A stretch of DNA of 24,434 nt. It comes from a virus (lineage: Duplodnaviria > Caudoviricetes). The notes beneath the pieces were generated by a model. The model saw only the letters and a program-made list of their open reading frames with translations. It had not been told where the DNA came from and did not search any database. Shown here one piece after another: positions 17,555 to 24,434 of the stretch (positions are counted from its first letter, which is position 1; every line of letters starts with the position of its first letter). The stretch spans positions 1 to 24,434 of the IMG/VR virus record IMGVR_UViG_3300009505_000068; one strand, given 5' to 3'. Position numbers and translations under genes: made by a program.

Positions 17555-18844
17555 ATGGCGATACAAACACTAGACCCATTCATTATAGATATAAACTTAG
17601 TTAGTTCATCTGACCTTCAAAAACGTTTATCCGATTACACAAGTCTGTTGACAGCTTTCCCTAGTGAAACTGCAATGAATAGCTTGTATTGGCATACCGA
17701 CAGTCACAGTGACCCTATCACAAGTAAAATAGACTTTTTTAAAAAACTGAATGACGGTACAATCAAGTTAAAGGATAATAACGATGGTATAGTCAAAGAC
17801 AAATCATCACCCGCTGATATTAGAAACAAGAACATACGAGATCAGTTAGGTGACAACTCACACTTGAGCACATCAACTGGTGGTATATATGGTGAACCTG
17901 TTATTTCTGGTAATAATGTCGATGTGGTGAATAAAGGGTATGATAAAGAGTGGAAACCACTGTCACCTGATCAGACACACTCAAATGCAAATGCTGAGTG
18001 GAGTGTAACGAATACTGTATCTGACAAGAAACAAGAGATCATCGTACCTCCGCTAGAAGATCAATACACTGAAATAGAGCTAGAAGCCGCGTTTGGAATG
18101 AAAGACATGAGTGCTTGGTTTATATCATGGTGGATTGAGAAATTCCGTACTGCGCATGAAGTAATAAAGCGTGATCTTCTGGAATTATTAGGTGATGATA
18201 ATGAGTACTTCGTTGATTTTAGTGAGAGTGTTGGTCAGTTAAAAAACCTAAGCATGTATGAAGACACATCAACACTACCTATATATGATGATAATGTTGA
18301 AGCAATCCCAAATCACTCGATACCATCTACTACTTCGAGTATCGCACTGTATTGCGCCAGTGAAGATTCAAAACAACTGATAAATGACCTATCAAAGGAG
18401 ACAAATAAAGTTTATCGTAAAAATTTAAAACAGATGATCGAGGATCCATCAAGAGACGAGACAATCACATCAATAATGACACCTCTCGATCATAACAAGA
18501 CCAGCCATGGTCAGGATTTCGTTAGCGATTACCCACACAACACTCGCATGATCATATTCATTGAGACTGTACACAAAGCAATACAGGATCACTTGAAAGG
18601 ATTGTGGAAGGTACTTGAGTTGATAAGCAACCGTGAAAACATAATGGTTCAAGGCAAACCAGCTCAAATATCACTCAAAGTAGAGGAATACACCCATGCT
18701 GTTGATCTTCTCAAGAACAAGATAAAGAAATACTCCGCGACCAAAGGAGAGATAATTGAACCTAAGTTTGGAAGACCAACAGGATTACAACAGACATACA
18801 CAAATTCTCAAGTGTTAGGTGTACCTGGTGTGATCGAGGAATAA
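17555..18844 (+). CDS. Hypothetical protein, probably virion/baseplate associated
   Basis: 429-aa ORF coupled (1 nt) to hub gene; no motif recognised. Confidence 0.7.
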   Translation: MAIQTLDPFIIDINLVSSSDLQKRLSDYTSLLTAFPSETAMNSLYWHTDSHSDPITSKIDFFKKLNDGTIKLKDNNDGIVKDKSSPADIRNKNIRDQLGDNSHLSTSTGGIYGEPVISGNNVDVVNKGYDKEWKPLSPDQTHSNANAEWSVTNTVSDKKQEIIVPPLEDQYTEIELEAAFGMKDMSAWFISWWIEKFRTAHEVIKRDLLELLGDDNEYFVDFSESVGQLKNLSMYEDTSTLPIYDDNVEAIPNHSIPSTTSSIALYCASEDSKQLINDLSKETNKVYRKNLKQMIEDPSRDETITSIMTPLDHNKTSHGQDFVSDYPHNTRMIIFIETVHKAIQDHLKGLWKVLELISNRENIMVQGKPAQISLKVEEYTHAVDLLKNKIKKYSATKGEIIEPKFGRPTGLQQTYTNSQVLGVPGVIEE

Positions 18845-19309
18845 TCACACGTCTTCTTCTGAAATCTCGGCTTCTATAACTTTCCCGGAGTTGAGCAACT
18901 GCTCAAATATCTCTTCTCGTGTGAATGTCAATTTATCTTGCTTGTGTTCTGCTAAATGAGTCTTAGATTCAATGTCCATTGTCTTGACCTTGATAGTAGT
19001 CTCAGATTTCTTTTGTTGTAAGAATATTTTGTTTAGAGTCTCTAAAGCTCCAGTGCTAGCCTTGTACAATTCAGCCAACGAGTGAACATCCTCAGGTTCC
19101 GGGGCACTGATAATGTATTGCTTTATGTTGTCTATTGTATCCATACTGTCCTGTATGAGTCTTCCGGAATTATTCAGGATAAACTGCTCCAGATCAACAG
19201 GATCCAGGTTAAATTCATTTTTTTCTACCTTTTTCGCAAGCGTGTTCCCCTCACGAAGCTGGTCAACTAGTGTTTTAACCGTGTTTTCTCGATCGCTCTC
19301 CTCACTCAT
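18845..19309 (-). CDS. Probable terminase small subunit (T4 gp16-like)
   Basis: 154 aa, helix-Pro-helix core LIQDSMDTIDNIK...APEPEDVHSLAELYKASTGALETLNKI and C-terminal TFTREEIFEQLL similar in layout to gp16; exact late promoter upstream. Confidence 0.5.
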   Translation of the reverse strand: MSEESDRENTVKTLVDQLREGNTLAKKVEKNEFNLDPVDLEQFILNNSGRLIQDSMDTIDNIKQYIISAPEPEDVHSLAELYKASTGALETLNKIFLQQKKSETTIKVKTMDIESKTHLAEHKQDKLTFTREEIFEQLLNSGKVIEAEISEEDV

Positions 19310-19314
19310 ATAGG

Positions 19315-19322
19315 TATTTATA
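19315..19322 (-). promoter_or_regulatory. T4-type late promoter TATAAATA
   Basis: tatttata on +, 5 nt before ATG at 19309. Confidence 0.85.
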
Positions 19323-19330
19323 CAATAAAG

Positions 19331-19359
19331 TTGACTTATACAGTGTTAGCCGGTATAAT
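19331..19359 (+). promoter_or_regulatory. Sigma70-type (early) promoter
   Basis: TTGACT (19331-19336), 17-bp spacer, TATAAT (19354-19359), AT-rich upstream. Confidence 0.9.
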
Positions 19360-19365
19360 ACACAT

Positions 19366-19512
19366 ATGGTAACAGTAAACATACAAGGGCATGGATCATT
19401 CGCGATTCCAGCGAACAAGTTAAACGAACTATTGACATGGTTGACAAACAACTCAATGCCAGTGGAAGGATCGTCTATCACTCGCCCCGGAGACACACTT
19501 TTAAACGGATAA
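19366..19512 (+). CDS. Small 48-aa hypothetical protein (not in ORF track)
   Basis: ATG 6 nt after TATAAT; MVTVNIQGHGSFAIPANKLNELLTWLTNNSMPVEGSSITRPGDTLLNG*; fills the gap between promoter and dUTPase. Confidence 0.7.
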   Translation: MVTVNIQGHGSFAIPANKLNELLTWLTNNSMPVEGSSITRPGDTLLNG

Positions 19513-19523
19513 CAATAACCTCA

Positions 19524-20153
19524 ATGAGAATAAGACCATTACATGACCCGGTTATCAAAATTAAAAAGACGCACCCGGATGCCAAACTACCCGCTGCTAA
19601 TAACAAAGAGCCAGGTACAGGTGACTCTGGATTTGACTTGGTATCAGTAGAGAGTAAGGTTATTCCACCAATGGGTAGTCAAGTTGTACCAGTTGGCTTG
19701 ACAGTCGCTGATATTTCACCCGGATATTGGTTTAGAATCGAACCTAGAAGTGGTTTAGGATTCAAGCATAACATTCAGCCACATCTAGGTGTTATTGATA
19801 ACGGCTACCGTGGTGACTTAGGTGTGAAGTTGTATAATTTCAGTACTGATAAAGAGTATAGAGTAAAAACCGGTGACAAAATCGCGCAATTGGTAGTATA
19901 TCCATTGTTACAGCCGATCTTTGAGTTTACTGACGATATAACAGAGACTGCCCGGGGGGATAAAGGATTTGGCAGCAGTGACACAACATCATCCCACGCT
20001 CTACCTGATTGTGATCACAGCGTTTATCCTAAACTCGATAAAGGTGACCCTTTCTGGGTATATACCGATTGTCATACTATACTTCAATCAACACAGCAAT
20101 CAGATAAGGATTATATGATACATAAAATGAAGGAAGCCGGTAAAGATGTTTGA
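19524..20153 (+). CDS. dut: Trimeric dUTPase with C-terminal extension
   Basis: All five motifs: SGFDL, PRSGL, GVIDNGYRGDL, GDKIAQL, RGDKGFGSS; start re-assigned from 19437 to in-frame ATG 19524. Confidence 0.95.
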   Translation: MRIRPLHDPVIKIKKTHPDAKLPAANNKEPGTGDSGFDLVSVESKVIPPMGSQVVPVGLTVADISPGYWFRIEPRSGLGFKHNIQPHLGVIDNGYRGDLGVKLYNFSTDKEYRVKTGDKIAQLVVYPLLQPIFEFTDDITETARGDKGFGSSDTTSSHALPDCDHSVYPKLDKGDPFWVYTDCHTILQSTQQSDKDYMIHKMKEAGKDV

Positions 20154-21063
20154 TAATCTATGGGTTGAGAAATACAGACCTAGTGATCTAGAGTCTATGG
20201 TGTTGAGTGATTCAAACCGTAAGTGTTTCGAAAAGTTCAATAAAGCTCAAGAGATTCCCAATCTACTATTCTCTGGATCAGCCGGTATAGGCAAGACAAG
20301 CTTAGCTAAGATTATATGTAATTCAATGCTAGAATGCCAGTACTTGTATATCAATGCTAGTGATGAGAATGGTATAGATATGATTCGTACTAAAGTTACT
20401 AACTTCTCTCGTACAAAGAGCTTTGATGGTACAATCAAATGTATTATATTAGATGAGACTGATGGCTTGAGCTTAGACGCTCAACGAGCTTTACGTAACA
20501 CAATGGAGGACCACGCTGGGTTGACTAGATTTATTCTAACTGCTAATTACAATCACAGAATCATACCACCTCTACAGAGCCGTTGCCAGTCATTCGATCT
20601 AACACCGTCACTCTCAGGATGCTCTGATAGAATCAAGCAGATACTTAAACTCGAGAACATCTCGGTACCGGAAAGTGATATCGATCGTCTAGATGAATTT
20701 GTTAAAACATGTTATCCTGATCTACGTAAATGTATAAACGAGATCCAGAAGAATTGCATTGACGGTAAAATCGAGTTTGACAATCTAGTCAAGGTTAAAG
20801 ATAAGTTCGTAGAGAACATATATAAGATCGCCAAGGAAGGACTAGCAATCAAAGCCCGTAAAAAGGTGATAGAGAATGAACATGTGTTCAACGGTGATTA
20901 TGTAGAGTTGTTACGAGCCTTGTTTAACTGTATACATGAATCCAACACCCCTGATATAAAGAAATCAGAGCACTTGATAGTAGTGGCTGAACATCTGTAC
21001 AGATCAACATTCGTAGTCGATCCAGAGATCAACTTCTTTAGTTGCTTGTTAGCTCTTACTTAG
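20146..21063 (+). CDS. Sliding clamp loader ATPase subunit (T4 gp44 / RFC small-like)
   Basis: LWVEKYRP, Walker A GSAGIGKTS, INASDENG, Walker B IILDETD, AQRALR, FILTAN, LQSRC, PDLRKCIN. Confidence 0.96.
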   Translation: MFDNLWVEKYRPSDLESMVLSDSNRKCFEKFNKAQEIPNLLFSGSAGIGKTSLAKIICNSMLECQYLYINASDENGIDMIRTKVTNFSRTKSFDGTIKCIILDETDGLSLDAQRALRNTMEDHAGLTRFILTANYNHRIIPPLQSRCQSFDLTPSLSGCSDRIKQILKLENISVPESDIDRLDEFVKTCYPDLRKCINEIQKNCIDGKIEFDNLVKVKDKFVENIYKIAKEGLAIKARKKVIENEHVFNGDYVELLRALFNCIHESNTPDIKKSEHLIVVAEHLYRSTFVVDPEINFFSCLLALT

Positions 21064-21256
21064 ATTTAGGAGACTTAGACTTCTTCCGCTTCTTCTTAGG
21101 AGCGTATCCACTTTCCCATGCTTCGTTAATATCTGGTGTTGATTTGTCATCTCCTACAAATTTACCTTCTTCATCTTTAGCGCGAGTTGGTTTAGTTGTT
21201 ACTTTTGGGCTCTCCTTCTTGGATACGATCCCTTGTCCTTTAATGTTCATTGCCAT
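21056..21256 (-). CDS. Small basic protein, 66 aa
   Basis: RAKDEEGKFVGDDKSTPDINEAW core plus Lys-rich tail; 8 nt downstream of the 200-aa minus gene. Confidence 0.75.
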   Translation of the reverse strand: MAMNIKGQGIVSKKESPKVTTKPTRAKDEEGKFVGDDKSTPDINEAWESGYAPKKKRKKSKSPKSK

Positions 21257-21264
21257 AATAAAAT

Positions 21265-21867
21265 TTATCCTAGATATCCAGCGGTGTATGATGTTGCAGC
21301 AATCGCCTTAGGTTGCTTGATATCTTTGTCATGTAAACTCCTGTTAAATTTGTCATCCATTCCGGTTTGTTTTAATGGATTGGTCATCCCTGGGTCATTT
21401 TCTGTATCAGATGTAATACCGTTTGGGTTATTCTCTGCTTGATCTTCCTCTAGTGATTTAGGTTTAACTGAAATCTTCTCATCTCTCTTCATTGAGTCTG
21501 GAATCTCCGGAAGCTTGTCATTAGGTCCGTCAAGTTCGATTATTTGATGAGGTACTGTGATGAACGCACCAGTGTATCGACCAGGAGCTGTCTCTTGTGT
21601 CACGTCAATGTAAAATCCATCCACACCAGCAGCAGCATCTACACTAGAGTTGACGGCCGGTCTGACTGTTTTGACTGTACTGACACGTAAAATGAGATCT
21701 TGCTCGTCAAACGACTTGAGCATGTCTATCGTCTGAGCAGGAGCCTCCTTGCACCAATCATCCTTTTCCCATCCTTTCTTAAGCTTAATAATATCTCCTG
21801 TGAGATATCCGCCACCTTGAAATCTAGAGAAGTTATTTTCAAAAATTACATCAAACTTGCTTTTCAT
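21265..21867 (-). CDS. Hypothetical late protein, 200 aa, possibly head-associated
   Basis: Late box upstream; N-terminal KFDVIFE motif; beta-rich N-half (TGDIIKLK, LRVSTVK, FYIDV) and low-complexity acidic C-half. Confidence 0.7.
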   Translation of the reverse strand: MKSKFDVIFENNFSRFQGGGYLTGDIIKLKKGWEKDDWCKEAPAQTIDMLKSFDEQDLILRVSTVKTVRPAVNSSVDAAAGVDGFYIDVTQETAPGRYTGAFITVPHQIIELDGPNDKLPEIPDSMKRDEKISVKPKSLEEDQAENNPNGITSDTENDPGMTNPLKQTGMDDKFNRSLHDKDIKQPKAIAATSYTAGYLG

Positions 21868-21873
21868 ATTAAT

Positions 21874-21881
21874 TATTTATG
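21874..21881 (-). promoter_or_regulatory. Late promoter CATAAATA
   Basis: tatttatg on +, 6 nt before ATG at 21867. Confidence 0.75.
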
Positions 21882-21920
21882 TTACCCCAACGATTTTCCT
21901 AGCGGCTCCAATAACCTCAG

Positions 21921-21928
21921 TATAAATA
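21921..21928 (+). promoter_or_regulatory. T4-type late promoter TATAAATA
   Basis: Exact consensus 7 nt before ATG 21936. Confidence 0.85.
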
Positions 21929-21935
21929 TCTATGT

Positions 21936-22430
21936 ATGGCCATTAAAGTAAACAGAGTAGCAAGTCGACCAACTCAAACAGAGCGTAAGACAACATTTAG
22001 AGATCTGCACCTCGATCTAGTCGAGAGTGACCAACCGTACAATGACTCACTATACGGCAAGTCAACACAAGTTGATCTCAAAACATCCATCGATGAAGGA
22101 GCAATCATGAACAGTCTTCGTAACATATTCACTACAAATCCTGGTGACAAGTTACTAGATCCTACATTTGGATTGAGTTTGACGCGTTGGTTGTTTGAAC
22201 CTCTAGATGAATTCATCGCGCAAGAGATAGGAGAAGCTATACTAGAAGGTATAGAAAAGTTCGAACCACGAGTTAGCGTGAAGAATATCACAGTTAATAT
22301 GAATACTGAGCACAATCAATACGATTTAAAGTTGGTTCTCACCATCCCCTCATTAAATATTATAGAGAAGTCATATGAAGCAATCCTAAATCAACCCGGA
22401 TTCGATTTCTTGACAAACTCAACCAGCTAA
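21936..22430 (+). CDS. Baseplate wedge subunit (T4 gp25 / GPW family)
   Basis: AIMNSLRNIFTTNPGDKLLDPTFGLSL...LFEP...IEKFEPRV is the gp25 signature. Confidence 0.93.
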   Translation: MAIKVNRVASRPTQTERKTTFRDLHLDLVESDQPYNDSLYGKSTQVDLKTSIDEGAIMNSLRNIFTTNPGDKLLDPTFGLSLTRWLFEPLDEFIAQEIGEAILEGIEKFEPRVSVKNITVNMNTEHNQYDLKLVLTIPSLNIIEKSYEAILNQPGFDFLTNSTS

Positions 22431-22431
22431 A

Positions 22432-24237
22432 ATGACCGATAAATTTACAGAATACAGCTTACCAGACAAAGCCTACACATCCTTTGATGCTACAAGTCTC
22501 AGAGACTTTATCATCAACCGATTAACAGAGCAAGGCACGTTCACTGACCAGATATACAGAGGCAGTAACATGTCATCATTCATTGATGTAATCGCGTACA
22601 GTTTCCACACACTACTATTCTATCTCAACAGAACATCAACAGAAAGTATGTTCACCGAAACAACAATATACGAAAATATCAATCGTATAGTTAAAATGTT
22701 GAATTACAATCCTATAGGATACCAGACCAGCAATCTCAGCTTTGATGCTTTCGCTTCAGAAGATCTAGTACCCGGGACGTACACAATACCGAGATACTCG
22801 TTTATAAATTCAAACGATACATACTTCTCAACTGATAGCGACATATCCTTCACGAAGAACACATCATCTGATGAAGCTATCTCCGTTATTGGACAGAAGC
22901 ACCTGTTATATCAGGGTAAATGGGTTGAAGTACCTGGTCAACAATCTACCGGTCAGGATTTCGAGACTGTATTTGTGACCACAACAGAACAAGGTACTAA
23001 AGTGGATCACTTCCATGTGCATGTGTATGTCAAAGATTTCGAATCCGGTAAATTTTACCAATACACTGAAACAACTTCACTATATCTTCACGGGCCAACC
23101 GAAAGAGTTTTTGAGAAGAGATTTAATGAGAATGAAATATATGAAATAAAGTTTGGAGACAATGTGACAGGATCTCGATTGAACCCCGGTGATGAGGTAT
23201 GGGTATACTATTTAGAGTCCTTAGGAGAAGGAGGGCAAGTTGGTGCAAACTTTCTAGACGACACGACACTCGCATTATACGGTACCAACACATTTAATAC
23301 GTTGAAGAACGACATTAAACCTGAGAATATCAAGTACATAACATTTGATAATATAGAAACTCTATCATTCACAAACACTCAACCCAGCACAATACCTCAA
23401 CAACGTGAGTCTGTAGATGAGATCAAAAGAAAGGCGCCACTGCACCTGTCAAGTCAGGATAGATTAGTGACCCTTCCGGAGTTTAAGACATATGTAGAGA
23501 AGAACTATGGTAACATGTTAACATCATCAGATGTTGTAGACAACATGACGTTCATGGACGGTCACATGAAGTACTTGAGTGAAGATGTAGGCATACAATA
23601 TCCTAACATGGAGAGTAGAGTGATGTACAATCACTTGAACATCGCCACATCAACTCATTTCAACAATATATACATCTATGGTGTACCCAAAATGACCACC
23701 AACACATCGAGTACCGTCATGACCAATTTCCTGTCACCAGCTTCTAAAGAACTCATATCAAATGATATAAATAAGAAAAAAATGGTATCTCATGAGGTGA
23801 TACTGGTTGATCCAGTGTATGTAGCCGTCAACCTGGGTGTCACGACCAGCACGGAGACATTATCTCCTAGTATAACCGATAACACTAGATTGATAGTCAA
23901 GAAATCTTCTGTCTCCCTTAGGGACAATGATGCAATCATACAAGAAGTAACGGACACCATCGCAGCATACTTCATGAACACTGACATGAGTTTAGGTCAG
24001 TTGATTGATGTGAATACACTAGGGTCATCAATCCTAGAGATCCCAGGAGTTGATTCTATAGAAACATCCAGAACAGACATAGACCTAACAGTACCTGGGT
24101 TGAGTCTAAGTGTATGGAACCCGGTATATGATAATGACATAACAATAACAAATCAAAATATCAAACTTCCATACTTTAAGTTCGCGTACCTACACGATGC
24201 ATTTAATTTGTTCAAGAAAGTCGTTATAGATAGTTAA
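22432..24237 (+). CDS. Baseplate wedge subunit (T4 gp6-like)
   Basis: FTDQIYRGSNMSSFIDVIAY, ESMFTET, KMLNYNP, YEIKFGDN..G, ESVDEIKRKAP...SQDRLVT. Confidence 0.93.
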   Translation: MTDKFTEYSLPDKAYTSFDATSLRDFIINRLTEQGTFTDQIYRGSNMSSFIDVIAYSFHTLLFYLNRTSTESMFTETTIYENINRIVKMLNYNPIGYQTSNLSFDAFASEDLVPGTYTIPRYSFINSNDTYFSTDSDISFTKNTSSDEAISVIGQKHLLYQGKWVEVPGQQSTGQDFETVFVTTTEQGTKVDHFHVHVYVKDFESGKFYQYTETTSLYLHGPTERVFEKRFNENEIYEIKFGDNVTGSRLNPGDEVWVYYLESLGEGGQVGANFLDDTTLALYGTNTFNTLKNDIKPENIKYITFDNIETLSFTNTQPSTIPQQRESVDEIKRKAPLHLSSQDRLVTLPEFKTYVEKNYGNMLTSSDVVDNMTFMDGHMKYLSEDVGIQYPNMESRVMYNHLNIATSTHFNNIYIYGVPKMTTNTSSTVMTNFLSPASKELISNDINKKKMVSHEVILVDPVYVAVNLGVTTSTETLSPSITDNTRLIVKKSSVSLRDNDAIIQEVTDTIAAYFMNTDMSLGQLIDVNTLGSSILEIPGVDSIETSRTDIDLTVPGLSLSVWNPVYDNDITITNQNIKLPYFKFAYLHDAFNLFKKVVIDS

Positions 24238-24239
24238 CA

Positions 24240-24434
24240 ATGGCTACTTATGAAGAGTTACAATTCAGTAGTTTTACTGATCTAATAGTACCCTTTACAT
24301 CTGACAACGGATTAGGTGAAACTTCAACTGGAACAAAACCGTTAACCGGTTATACCCTAGAAGCCACTAAATTTACATTCACACCAATACTGTCTGCGAT
24401 CGATAGTACTAATATAGGAGCTAGTATAGATAAG
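24240..24434 (+). CDS. Start of next baseplate-region protein (truncated by window edge)
   Basis: ATG 2 nt after gp6-like stop; MATYEELQFSSFTDLIVPFTSDNG... open to end of window. Confidence 0.7.
   Translation, partial: MATYEELQFSSFTDLIVPFTSDNGLGETSTGTKPLTGYTLEATKFTFTPILSAIDSTNIGASIDK

Noticed and set aside
19437-19523. N-terminal 29 aa of dUTPase given by the ORF track
   Set aside because: Overlaps the better-supported 48-aa ORF; ATG 19524 gives a normal dUTPase start
1-24434. Stop-codon reassignment
   Set aside because: TAA, TAG and TGA all end well-supported genes and conserved genes are uninterrupted in the standard code
1-24434. tRNA, rRNA or other structured RNA genes
   Set aside because: Intergenic gaps are under ~80 bp and are explained by promoters/terminators; none recognised

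Overview
A 24.4-kb, AT-rich, densely coded segment of a T4-related (gp17/gp18/gp19-type) myovirus genome covering DNA packaging and contractile-tail/baseplate morphogenesis. Order on +: large terminase, gp3-like tail terminator, enlarged tail sheath, tail tube, gp54-like tube initiator, two gp26-like hub chaperones (first with a gp51-like C-terminus), tape measure, a stand-alone Hint (intein-like) gene, gp48-like, LysM/gp53-like, gp27-like hub, an unknown protein, an inserted early-type cassette (sigma70 promoter, unannotated 48-aa ORF, dUTPase, clamp loader), then gp25 and gp6 baseplate wedge genes. Minus-strand genes include a probable small terminase and putative head-internal proteins. Most notable: (1) an extein-less Hint domain gene with Met in place of the catalytic Cys1 and its own late promoter; (2) a nested ('Russian doll') self-insertion of a domain in the tail sheath, still visible as DNA repeats; (3) an apparently Shine-Dalgarno-free expression scheme, with late promoters 5-10 nt from start codons, 1-nt stop-start junctions, and a 12-bp palindrome that looks like a bidirectional late promoter. 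All product calls come from motif recognition by eye; no searches were run.
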